NCBI GenBank assembly: GCA_963666975.2 | Contig: CAXVYR010000004.1 | Coordinates: 1,632,001 to 1,696,000, forward strand | Source of the DNA: Terriglobia bacterium | Lineage (GTDB): Bacteria > Acidobacteriota > Terriglobia > 2-12-FULL-54-10 | Length of the DNA stretch: 64,000 bases | Direction of reading: 5' to 3' | Part shown: one piece after another, positions 1 to 10,908 of the stretch | Layout: each line of letters opens with the position of its first letter | How positions within the stretch are numbered: the stretch's first letter is position 1 | The notes under the pieces: model-generated | The model's database searches: none | What the model saw: the letters and a program-made list of their open reading frames with translations, nothing else | Told to the model about the DNA's origin: nothing | Translations under genes and position numbers: made by a program

Positions 1-2776
1 CCCGCAGTGTTTGCTGAGAAGTATGCGCTGCTGGTGGGGATCAACGAATATTCCAAGGTCCGCCCCTTGCGAGGCTCCCTCAACGATATCGCCCAGATCA
101 AACAGATTTTGATCCGTGACCTGGAATTTACGGAAGACAAGATTCGGGTTCTTACCGACCGGGATGCGACCAAGGAACAACATCCTCTCCGCCTTGGACT
201 CCCTGGCCACCCAAACCAAGGCCGGAGACTCACTGTTGTGGTACTACAGCGGACATGGCTTCATGATGCTGGACGAGAACGGCGACGAAGCGTTTAGCGA
301 AGCGGGAGACCTCTACGATGAAATCCTGGTGCCCTACGACGCCGCGCCCTGGCCCCGGGAACGGGCCACGGACCCGAATCCCACGATGCTGAGCGATGAT
401 GAAATCGCCCGCGCCCTTTCCGGCATGGCAGGCAAGCGGGTAGTGATCATTTTTGACAGTTGCCACTCGGGGTCGGCAACGCGCGCGGTGGGAGACGCCG
501 GCGGCCGGTCACTCTATCCCGGCTTCGTGCCCTCCGATATCCCCAGAACCCGGAGTTTGGTTCATCCCACTGAGTCTCTGGACCTCGGCGGCCCTCTGGT
601 TTTTATCTCCGCAGCGTCGCCTTTGCAGAGCGCCTCGGACATGGGTGAATTTGAAGGAGAGAGACACGGAGCCTTCACGGCCAGCTTGCTCCGCTCCATC
701 AAAAAATCAGGGCCTGATTGGCACCGCACGCTGAGCTGGGATGGACTGTTTCGCGCGGCCAAAGAGGACCTGCTCAACCAAGGATTTTCCGGCCAGACGC
801 CAGCCATCCAGACGACGGGCGGTTTGGCCAAACGGCCTGTTGAGGAGTTCTTCAATCCTCCGGCATCCAGCGAGATTGCCGATCTGGATTCGCCCAGGGG
901 GGCCTTTGAGGTCCAGTTGGAGAGCCGCAAGTACCGGTTTGCGGAAGGGGACCTGCTGACGCTGGCTGTTCAAAGCGAGCGCAACGGTTATCTCTACATT
1001 TTTGACATCAACTCGGAAAAGAAAATCACCCAGCTCTTTCCCAACAAATTTGCTCCCGAAAACAGCATCCCGGCGGGCCAACTGAGGACGATTCCCAGCG
1101 AGAGCGATCCCTATCAGTTCCGGGCCGGCTCCCCGTTTGGAAAGAGCGTAGTGGTTGCCCTCGTCACCACCGAGCCGTGGAGCAAGGCGAATCAACTTCA
1201 ACTGCCCGATGATTTTCGTCCTATTACCGACAGCCAGCAAGCGGAGCTTCGGGAGCAGCTACGGCTTCTGCACGACGCCGCCCGAAGCGGCAGCGGCGAC
1301 AGTCAATGGGCCAGCCAAAAAATGGTGCTTGAAATCGTCCCCGCCGACCACGTCCAGCCGCCCGCCGAAGAGTGGGAAGCCGAAGAGTGGGAAATGGAGG
1401 AGGCGGAACCGGAAGAGACCGCAACGGTGACGGAAGCAACACAGGCAGAAACAAGTCCGGCGCAAGCAACCTCTGGCACACAAGCAACCTCTGGCACGAT
1501 GGAAGTCTCGCACGAAGCGCCGCCTCCTGCATCGGCTTCCCTGCCCCCGGCAGCGGAAGCAGCAGCCAGCGAGGCGGGGTCAGAGTCCGCAATTGCGGCC
1601 CCGGCCCCATCCGACGCCTCCCTCCTCGCTCCCCTTCCTGCGCCCCTTCCCGCTTCGGTTGACATTGAGGATGCGGGACTCAGTTGGGAAGACCAGCTCG
1701 ACCTACCGGGCCGGAAACCTGTTTTGTTTAGAAAGCTGCAGCAGATGGCTGAACGATACTCGCCCGTCTTCTGGCAGGATGTCAGCGGCGACTTTGACAA
1801 AAAGTTTCAGCCCTGGAAGGATTTTGTGATCCGCTACGACTTTGACCTCACCGAACAGGGTCCGAATTGGCCCGAGCCGCCGCGCTTCCAGGACGAGATC
1901 AAGCGGGAACGGAACCATTTTCTGGATGAAGCCTTCTCTCCCAACGCCTCCTTTAAGATCGAAACAGCCGAGGAAACGCTGGGAATATACAGGGTGCAGA
2001 ACACACAGGCCGGAGAAACCGTCCGGCTGGACCTGCGGCCTTTCGTTTACTGGACCGTGCTCACCACCTCCAGTCATTTCTTCTTCCAGTATGTGGTGTT
2101 TCATGCAGAGGATTGGAAAGGCCTTTTCGGCCACACCGGGGACCTGGAGGGCACCACCATCGTGGTGGACCGGGAAACGGAGCGGATGGTGGCGGCTTTC
2201 ACGCTGGCCCATGATGACGTCGATGTGGTCCGAAGTCTGGATGAAGATCCCGGATCGAACATTGGGATCCTCGTGGACCCGGAACTGGAAAGCCGCGGGC
2301 TGCTCGACGAGGGTGACGACCGCCCCGTCGATGGCATATTGGCTATGGATGTCACCAGGGATGGTGAGGCGTCTCCCAAGGAACATCAGGATATTTACAT
2401 CGAAACCAAGGGTCACGGGCAGTACGGTCCGAAAAAGATCAAGAAATCGCGGTACATCATTTACGCAACCTATTTGGATGATTCCACTTTCACAGCCCCC
2501 TCGTTTGAACGCGATCAATACCCCCAGACCGACCGTTTTTCGGAAGTGCTGAGCAAGCATAAGTACGAGCTGATCTACATTGGTTCAGGGGGATCGAGCG
2601 ACCAAACCACGCTTTGGGGTGAATACCGCACTCTGAAGCGGTTCGGAGGAGGAGTGAATCCTCCCTGGAACTGGCGTGACAACTGGTGGTTCAAAACCGG
2701 CTGGTGGAAAAACCCCCGGCGCATCAAAAAAATCGGAGACAAACGGTATCGCATTAATCCCTATCTGGAGCCCTAG
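1..2776 (+). pseudogene. Caspase-family (peptidase C14) protein with DUF4384-like domain and C-terminal NLP/Vps62-like domain; frameshift near 175; 5' end outside window
   Basis: ORF 7..297 gives the C14 N-terminus (KYALLVGINEY...LRGSLND...LTDRDATKE). ORF 116..2776 continues it (NILSAL...YYSGHG...IFDSCHSG). One extra base at 'aaggaacaacatc' separates the two frames. Confidence 0.8.
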
Positions 2777-2822
2777 CGGATCAATCGGTAATGAATTCAA
2801 TATTTGAATTTGAGGTGTAGCC

Positions 2823-5157
2823 ATGGTTCGATATCAATCCTTGCTGGTCGTTTTTTGGGCGGCGCTGGCGGCGTCCCTGGCATTCGGCCAGGAAAAAGGA
2901 TTTTCCGTGGAGGCGAAACCGGCGGAACTGCTTGAGCAGCAAGCCGGCATTGCCGAGCGGTACGCCCTGCTGATTGGAATCAGTGAATATGCGAATACCA
3001 CCATCGACCTCAATTTCGCTGCCAATGACGCGCGAGCCCTGAACGACCTCTTGCTTGACCCGGAGATCGGAGCTTATAAACCTGAGAACATTCGGTTGCT
3101 GCTCAACGAAGAGGCCACCCGCAGGAACATCATGAGCTCCCTCAATTCCTGGCTGGGAAACCGGGTTCAAGAAGAGGACAGCGTTTTGATTTTCTACTCC
3201 GGGCACGGCGCGCTGGGAAATGGCAATGAGGCTTATTGGGTCACCCATGACGCCGACGTGGAAGACCTCTATGCGTCCGCTTTGAGTAACACGGATATCT
3301 CAGGGTTGATTGCAAAGCTTCCTGCCAAAAGGAAGCTGACGCTGATTGACTCCTGCTACAGCGAGGCAACGGCCAAGAAGTACCGGGCATTGGTCCCAAG
3401 CGATATTTTTGAAGAGTTCACGGGCGAGGGGGTTGTCACCATCACGGCTTCCACCGGCCAGGAAAAGTCGGTAGAAGTGGGAGGCCACGGGGCCTTCACT
3501 TACCACCTGCTGGAGGCTCTGGAAGGCAAAGGGGATGTCAACGGCAACGGAGTGGTCGAGTTGGACGAGATGTGGAACTACCTGAACACCAAGGTGCAGA
3601 ATACGGCAGCCGACGCCGGAAACCGGCAGACTCCGGTGTTGCTCGCCGACCGCATGGAGCACGGCTTCCCGTTGACCATTAACCCCGCACGGGCGGCTGG
3701 CGCAACGCTGAACCAGCTCAAGGAGATGTACAGCGCGGGAACGATCACGGTCGATGAAATCGGCGAGGCCGAGCAACTGCTGACCACCAGAGGGGCTGAC
3801 CCGGAGCTGCGAAAACTCTATCAGGACATGGCGTCCGGCGTGCTGACACCCGACTATTTCCGAAGAATGCGGGAGATGCACCGCCCGGCGGCCACGGCTT
3901 CCAGCACTCCCGTCCAGCCGGCAACGCCTGCTGCGTACGCTTCTGAACCTCCATTCACCGCGGAATCAGCAATGACAGAAACCGCAGGAACAACCGGAAC
4001 CACGGGGTCCACCACGGGATCCTATGAAGAGACCGAGGCCTTTCGCGCCTCCGAACTGGTGAACTCTGCCGGGGGGTGGGAACGATTTCTCAGCCAATAT
4101 CCCAATGGCGCGCTGGCGGAGAGAGCCCGCGCTCGATTGACGGAAATGCAAGCTCAGGAGCGCGCCGAGACGATGGCCTACGACATCGCCAAGGCCGGCG
4201 ACACTGAAGCAGGCTGGCGTCAATACCTTGCCCGATTCCCCAACGGAAACTTTGTCTCCGAGGCCAGAGGCCGCATGCAGCAACTGCAGGAGAGCCGGCA
4301 GCACCAAGAGAGAGAACCGGCAGCTTACATTGTGGCCGAATCTCAGAACACCGAGGAGGGATGGGCGAATTTCGTCAGGGAATTTCACGACAGCCAGCTG
4401 GCCGTGGTGGCCCAGCGCCGCCTGGACGAGCTGCGCAAGGCCAACCGCGAAACTGAGAATAGCCTTTATGCCCAGGCACTCGAGAAAGACACTCAGCCAT
4501 TGTGGGACCAGTACATTCAGGAATTTCCCGATGGCCGCTTCCTGTCCGAGGCTATGGAAAAAAGAACCGTCGCAGTCAGAAGGGCGGATGAGGAGAACCA
4601 GTACCAACTGGCGGCCAACACAGATACCCGGGATGGCTGGATGGCCTACCCGGACAAGTTCCCGGAGGGCCCCCATGCCGGCGCCGCCCAGACTCGCATC
4701 CAGCAAATTACCTGGGCGGAGTTTGCCGACGTCGCTCCCATCGCCGGAGACTCGTTCATGATGGGCAACGCCAGAGACAAAGGCGACGCGAAACCTCCCC
4801 ACAAAGTGGAACTCGATCCCTTTCACATTGGCAGAACGGAGGTTACCAACGCCCAGTTCTCCAAGTTCCTGGAGGAGACGGGACGGCGCGCACCGACCCT
4901 GCGTGATTTTGCTTCCAACTACATGAGCGCCCAGCCCGACTTGCCGGTAGTGAATGTGACCTGCGCCGATGCCGAAGCCTACTCCAAGTGGCTGACGGAG
5001 AAGATCGGCTCCACCGTGCGGCTGCCCACCGAAGCCGAATGGGAGTACGCCGCCGGAGGCGGACAGGCTAACACTCTCTATCCCTGGGGAGCTGGCGATC
5101 CAAAAACGCAGGCTCGCTACAACGACAACGATCCGAGCGGGGTGAAGACTGTTAAGA
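2823..5157 (+). pseudogene. Secreted caspase (C14) + helical repeats + FGE/SUMF1-like domain protein, 5' part; interrupted by insertion at 5158
   Basis: Signal peptide, YSGHG and DSCYS dyad motifs, five WxxF/YxxxF/YxxG-type repeats, and an FGE domain (RLPTEAEWEYAA) that breaks off at GVKTVK. Confidence 0.9.
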
Positions 5158-5312
5158 GCGTAATTACTATATGAATCAAGAGAGGCTGCAATTGGAGCTG
5201 GTGGACCTGATTACCCGAACGGGTTCCTGAAAGCTTTCGGACGGAAACCTCCGCTTTATTTCGCACGGCTTCGCGCCATTTTAGCCCACTGCCTGACTAT
5301 TGCAGGCAATCT

Positions 5313-5723
5313 CTACAGCACTTCATAGCCAAAGAGAACTTCATCAACGTACCCCATATGAAGCATGTCAATAACACGGCAAAGATATGATCTGCCACAA
5401 TCCCACCACGTGTAATGGGCATCTATCATGAGGTAGTGCTTTACATCGACCCCCTCATGCTCTCGCAGTTCCTCAAGCTCCATTCCGTCTAGCAAACTTT
5501 CGTAAACCCCATCGGCAACGCGGCTACCGAATGTGGTGGTGTAATCGGCAAAAGATCGGGCGGCCGTCCCCATTTGATTCAGCCTGCGATTCTGTTTCTC
5601 CAATTTCTCCAAACGCCCGGCTACCGGGGGCCGGTCCAATGCAGGGGATGAGTTGAGTTTCCCTCCGGCTGTTTGTGTTCCTTGCCGGGCAGGATCGAAC
5701 CTTGCGCTGATGTCCGCTCGCAA
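5313..5723 (-). CDS. Hypothetical protein or gene fragment carried in the transposition unit
   Basis: 136-aa ORF downstream of the outer-membrane gene; no recognised motif. Confidence 0.3.
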   Translation of the reverse strand: MRADISARFDPARQGTQTAGGKLNSSPALDRPPVAGRLEKLEKQNRRLNQMGTAARSFADYTTTFGSRVADGVYESLLDGMELEELREHEGVDVKHYLMIDAHYTWWDCGRSYLCRVIDMLHMGYVDEVLFGYEVL

Positions 5724-5765
5724 CAGGTCCTGACGAACCCCATCTGGATCATTATTAATGGCAGA

Positions 5766-6708
5766 TTACGGCCCAGAATCGCCGGGACGTATCCGCAGAG
5801 AGAGGGCAACGGACATTTCGCGGATTCTTTCAACGTTGGAGCTGGTTCCAAACAATGCAGCATCAAAAGCAAGTCTTTGGGTCAGGTTGAGACCAATGCC
5901 ACCCGTCGGCTGCCAGCGCTTCCGAGAGTACCTGGCACCGCCTCGGAATTCGATTCGAGAGAAGCGGTATTCCGTGCCTCCATGAAAGCTGAAGTTCTCA
6001 AACCCATAGCCCAGGTCCACGAGCGCTGACCAGTTCTCCCAGTGGTAAGCGCCGTTGCCTGAGTAGCGGACGGGTAATTTTACATCGATGCTGCCGGTGG
6101 GGGGCGGGAGACGTCTGTCTGCAAATCCTGCGTCGACCAGAAGACTGGCCAGCGTAAACTGCTTTAGTTTGAACTCCTCCCATTTGATGCGGTTGCCGAC
6201 ACCGTTGGCGCCAAATCCCAATTCCCAGTTATCGTGGACGATTCCTGCGCCGAAATCCAAAGCAAAGCCCCTGCCGGACCTGGAGGTTAATTGTTCAATG
6301 ACCACTGGGGTCAATTGATCAACAAGGTCAGGAGGCAATTGATACAGGAGTTCAGGAATTAGTTCCACAACTTCTTGAGGAGACAATTGCTCAATGACCC
6401 CCGGAGGGAATTGTTGTAATAACTCCGGGGTCAAGAATGGAAGTATCTGAGAAGTTGTTACAGAGGGTAGGCTAATAAGGCCGTCGGAGTCTGTGTCAAT
6501 TCGCACGTTGAAGTCCAGAGCATCGTACCGAAATCCGCGCAGGTAGTGATAGTTGGCCGCGAAATAAATTCCGTTGCGATCCGAAGAGCTGGAACCCATC
6601 CAATCGGAGGCTCCGAGTTTGAGCCTGTAGCCTCCGGTGATGGCCAGCGCAGCCTGTCCGGTTGAGTCATTGAGTATCCGGTAACTGTCTTGGGGTATGG
6701 AGACAGGG
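5766..6708 (-). pseudogene. Outer-membrane beta-barrel-like protein, 3' part (split by IS256)
   Basis: In frame with ORF 8157..8760 once the IS is removed (SSPV|SIPQDSYR...MGSSSSD). Alternating aromatic beta-strand pattern. Confidence 0.8.
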
Positions 6709-8156
6709 GAAGGTGTCCCAAACTCAGTTGCAGGTTGGGACGGCGGGTTGAGTTCATATTACGCCACTTTCTCCTTGTGAGAGGAAGCAGCGTTTGACTT
6801 CGGCCGAGAATCGATGCCAAAGCCCAGAGATCGTGATAACCCATGATCTTCCGGAAATTCTTCTCGGTCAGCAGAAACGCTCCTGCCACCCAGCGCAACG
6901 TCATCTCGCCGTCGCGCCAGCGGCAAACATTGCCAGTCTTTTTCCGCACGCCCGACTGCGGGCTCTCGATGAGGTTCGTGGTTGCCAGGCAGCGGTGGAG
7001 GCTGGGAGGAACGTCGGCTCGATTGATCGTAAAGGTCTCCTCCAACCCTTCGCGCAAGCTGGCGGCTGCTGCCGGATGATCGCACTCGATCATCCCAGCG
7101 AGCTTCTTTATGCGCACGATGCCTTCCTCGGCTTGGGGCAATCGCCAGGCGGCGCGCATCAGCGACCGCACCTGATTCGCCAGCATTTTGTCGCCCTTTG
7201 GTAACCGCTCAGCCACGTTGCGCAGCTTATGAGTACGGCAACGCTGCACCAGCTGATTGCTGCCGAATACTTCCTCGATCCCCGCGCGGAGCGCTTTGGC
7301 GCCGTCGATCACAAACAGATAGCGCTGATCCGTGCGCAAACCTTGCTGGCGCAGGCGGGTGAGAAGGTCTTTCACCGCAGCGGCGTTTTCGGTCGCGCCC
7401 AGTTGAATCCCCAGCACATGCTTGCGGCCCTCGATGTCCACGCCCACGGCGCTGATGACGTGGTGGGAGCCGAACCGCATTCCGTCCAGGTAAATCACCA
7501 GAATCTCGACCTCCTCCCAGCGCCGCGCCAACAGTTCTTCCAGCCGCCGCGCTCCTTGCTCGGCCGCTTCCCGGCTCACCTGAGACTTCGACACCCCAGC
7601 GCTGTTGGCCATCTCCGGGATCACCTCGCGGTAGTTCCGCGTCGAAACCCCTTTCAACAGTGCCTCGAACATCTCCTCGCCCGTCTTCTCGCTTTTCCGC
7701 AGTGCTTCGTAGGCCGGCACCGCTTCTTCCCCTCCGCCCTTCCGGCGCAGCCGGGGCCGCTCCACCCGCAGCTGGCGATCGGCCAGTTTCACCCTCCCCA
7801 ATTGCCGGCCATGCCAGCGCACCTCTCCGCTCGCCTTCCCGGGACTCTTTGGCCCCGCGATTTGCTCTGCGCTCATGCTCAGAATCGTTTCAATCAAACC
7901 TCGCCCGGCCCGATCAATCACCTCATCCACCGCCAGACGCGCCTCCGTGATCAGATCCACCACCGGCAACAGCATCTGTCCGTTGGTTTGGCAAAACTTC
8001 TGGATGGTTTCTTCGGCTCCCTTGGAACCCAGTTCCAAAACGTGATATTTTCCCTTCATTCGGCGGTTCTCCTTCTATAGGATTTAGGCTTGGCCCGATT
8101 CTATTCGATTCGGGCCGAACCGCCGTTCAACCTTCAACTATGTATGGGACACCCTC
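6709..8156 (-). mobile_element. IS256-family element, copy 1
   Basis: IRs GAAGGTGTCCCA / TGGGACACCCTC; 8-bp TSD AGACAGGG at 6701-6708 and 8157-8164. Confidence 0.95.
6759..8059 (-). CDS. IS256-family transposase (1-bp deletion near the C-terminus relative to copy 2)
   Basis: DDE motifs (YLDG, IDG, QRCRTHK, TTNLIES). 'cgtttgactt' here versus 'cgtttggactt' in copy 2. Confidence 0.9.
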
Positions 8157-8760
8157 AGACAGGGCTGGAGCTGCCCAGAATATCGATCAGGCGTTGATCG
8201 AAGTCCAGGTCAGTGCTGACGGAAAGGTAGGGGCCTGCGCCAACGTAAATTCCGTGGAATGATTCATTGCCGCGCTGCAGAAATTTGAAAGTGTGACCCC
8301 AGCTTGGAGCAACCAATCCCTCGGCCAAAAACGTTCTGGGAGGGGTAAATCCTCGATAGTCGTTCAGGTCCCGGCTCATCTCTCCATTTCGTAGGTCATC
8401 GAGAAAATCAAATTCTCCTTTTCCTTTGCTGCGATCCAGCGTGTAGTGCAGGGGATTACCGGCGTAGTCAATCACCCGGACCAGGTCGAACTCCTCCTTG
8501 TCCGGATTAAAGACATCCATGTCTTGCACTATTTGCATCACCCCCAGAGGTATGACGATGGAACTGTATTCAAACTTCTGGGGAATATTCTTAAAGACAA
8601 TGTTGCCCGAGCCGATATTAGAAACACCTCCGAGGGAGATGTTGCGGGCGTCGAAACTATAGTTCTGCGCGAAAAGTGGCGAGGAGATAAACCAAGCGCA
8701 AAACAACAAGGTCCCGGCGCGGAAACAACTTTCGTCGAGAGTTCGCAACATGGATAACAT
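8157..8760 (-). pseudogene. Outer-membrane protein, 5' part with signal peptide
   Basis: ...SPLFA|QNYSFDARNISLGG, resembling N-termini of barrel proteins (DARxxxLGG); truncated at the IS256 TSD. Confidence 0.8.
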
Positions 8761-8808
8761 AGATTTTCCTCTTTTTGGGGATTCGTAAGCGGGGCGTAGC
8801 ATAGCAAA

Positions 8809-10592
8809 CCGGGATTTCCATTTTGAGCTACCCTTTTCCACAAGAAGCTAAACCTCCTGCCCTGTGGTGTCAAGCACAAATCACCATGGTCTGTTCGGGG
8901 TGGCCTTGCGGCTCGCTTTGACACTTCCCTTAAGCCGGAATTTCCTTTTTAGCTCCAACGACCCGCACTATACAGCCATCGCGGGGTTCCAGCGCACGAT
9001 TTTTTATTTGGCTGGGTCCAGGGCATCGGGACAGGGTCCTGTCTGCCCTAAAGCGAGTCCCTAAACTGCTGACCACGGGCCTTCCCATCGGCTCTTGCAG
9101 ACAACTCTCCATTCCTGGAGGATATCGGAATCGTTTTCTTGGGTGCCGCAGCCTGGGCTATCCCGACGGAAGCGGCAATCCATCGATCCGCCTCACCATA
9201 CTGGCAAATAAACGTCTCGTCAAATGGCTTTCCGCCAGCAGCAACCAATAATACCGGGCATGCTTAATCAGGCGTCCTCCGGTTTTGACCAATCGCTGCT
9301 GCAAGCTCGTCAGGGACCAGTTCCCGATTCTTTGCGGCAATGCCAGCCGCCGCCACAGGTTGCCGAGATTACAGGCAATGATGGTCAGCAACAGCCGTAC
9401 CTCGTTGGATCGGAACTTGTGGCAGCTCAGCCGCGTCATCTTCACTGCCTGCTTGCCCTCCTTGATCCACTGCTCGGCAGTGCCCCGCTTATTGTAAAAC
9501 CTCACCACCGCCCGACTCGGCAAGGTCAAGTTCGTAACGATAAACCCCACTCGCGGGAACAACTCTCCCTGGTGATGTTCCACCTTGGCAACGACCCGTC
9601 TCGCCTTGCCCCAACTCGCTGCTTGATAGAGAAAGCCCTTGTACTCCACCAACGGCTTCACACTGGGTCTTCCCACCGGGCGCGGTAACAGTTCGGCGAT
9701 ATCTCGTTCCAGGCTATCGTTCGCGGGTATGCGAATGGCGTACTTCACGCCGCGCTCCTCCAGCGCCTCATAAATCTCTGGCTTGGCGAAGGCGGCATCG
9801 GCACGAAACACCACCTCCTTGCCCAACTTCTGTTGCCGTTCGATCTCCGGCAGCAAGAGTTCTTCCCAGTCATCGGCGCTGTGCACGTTGCCCGGTCGCA
9901 ATTTGGCCGCCAGACAGTCACCATCGCGATTGAACAGCAACAACGGGTGATAGCAGCTCGACTCGAAATGCCCGTTGTAGGCGCTCTGCTCCTGCTGCCC
10001 GTAAACAGGAATTTCCGTGCTATCCATGTCCAGCACCACCCGCTGCGGTGAATCAACCGCCTCCGCCTTCGCGATCAGCCCCCGGTTGATCGCTGCCAGA
10101 CCAGCGAGATTCTCTTCTTGGGTCAACAGCTCCGTCTCGAACGATTGCAGCCGGGAAGTCAGCGCGGCTCCTCGCTCCCAGATCTTCTCCGAACCGATCA
10201 ACCGGAACGCCGGATCTTGAGAGAGCCGTTCCGCGTCGTTCATATCTTCGTAACCCGCCAAGCGGCTGTAAACGGACTGCCGCAGCAGATCAGCAAAGGG
10301 CAACCGTGTGTTCTTCCCACGAGGATCGACCAGGTGCTGCCTGATGAGTTCACCGAAGCCCAAATGTTCGTCCAGCTCTCGCACCAGGATCAGGCCACCA
10401 TCGGAAGTCACTCGTGATCCTTGAAAATCGACACGCAAAAACCTGTTGAACGAGAATTGAAAATGCTGATTTTGGTTGTCACCCGCTGGGTGTCTACCTC
10501 CTGGTGGCTGTATTGACGCTGGAACCAGCATGAATATTGGCGTCGGAGGTTAGTATAAGGTTAGCTTCGGAATTTTAAAACGGAAATCCGGG
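8809..10592 (-). mobile_element. IS1380-family element
   Basis: IRL CCCGGATTTCCGTTTT (minus strand, ending 10592) and IRR CCGGGATTTCCATTTT (8809). Confidence 0.9.
9158..10531 (-). CDS. IS1380-family transposase
   Basis: FQGSRVTSDGGLIL, LDMDST, YGQQEQSAYNGHF, RADAAF and YNKRGTAEQWIKEGK motifs. Start codon uncertain. Confidence 0.95.
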   Translation of the reverse strand: MLVPASIQPPGGRHPAGDNQNQHFQFSFNRFLRVDFQGSRVTSDGGLILVRELDEHLGFGELIRQHLVDPRGKNTRLPFADLLRQSVYSRLAGYEDMNDAERLSQDPAFRLIGSEKIWERGAALTSRLQSFETELLTQEENLAGLAAINRGLIAKAEAVDSPQRVVLDMDSTEIPVYGQQEQSAYNGHFESSCYHPLLLFNRDGDCLAAKLRPGNVHSADDWEELLLPEIERQQKLGKEVVFRADAAFAKPEIYEALEERGVKYAIRIPANDSLERDIAELLPRPVGRPSVKPLVEYKGFLYQAASWGKARRVVAKVEHHQGELFPRVGFIVTNLTLPSRAVVRFYNKRGTAEQWIKEGKQAVKMTRLSCHKFRSNEVRLLLTIIACNLGNLWRRLALPQRIGNWSLTSLQQRLVKTGGRLIKHARYYWLLLAESHLTRRLFASMVRRIDGLPLPSG

Positions 10593-10870
10593 TTAAGAAG
10601 GAAACTTTTGCGCCAAACAAATTTGGGCTTTACAACATGGCGGGCAACGTAGCCGAGTGGGTGAGCGATTACTATTCTGACAAATATTACAAAACCTCTC
10701 CGGCCAGGATGCCCACCGGCCCGCCGTCGGGCAAGGAACGCGTGGTGCGAGGGGGAAGCTGGAACAACGGAAAAGACGAGTTGCGCGTTGCCCGGCGCGC
10801 CAAACGCGAGCCCTACAAAACAGATGATACTATAGGCTTCCGCGTGGTGATCGAAGGTCTCCCGCAGTAA
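10593..10870 (+). pseudogene. C-terminal end of the FGE/SUMF1-like domain of the gene at 2823
   Basis: PNKFGLYNMAGNVAEW...RVVRGGSW...IGFRVV. Confidence 0.9.
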
Positions 10871-10908
10871 GCAGGCAACACCGCAGGCTTGCCTGAGAAT
10901 AACTATTC

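Larger units (their letters stand above)
5158..10592 (-). mobile_element. IS1380-driven transposition unit (IS + ~3.6 kb captured DNA)
   Basis: Flanked by TTAAGA at 5152-5157 and 10593-10598. Removing it restores the caspase-FGE frame (KTVKKETFAPNKFGLYNMAGNVAEW). Confidence 0.85.

Noticed and set aside
1462-1498. 18-bp tandem repeat (QATSGT x2), and 12-bp QPxA repeats at ~18510-18560
   Set aside because: In-frame low-complexity linker expansions with no sign of phase variation.
6458-8059. 533-aa extended transposase ORF
   Set aside because: The extension comes from a 1-bp deletion that reads through the IS end into unrelated DNA.
10637-10870. FGE/C-type-lectin C-terminus as a diversity-generating retroelement variable region
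   Set aside because: No template repeat copy and no reverse transcriptase in the window.
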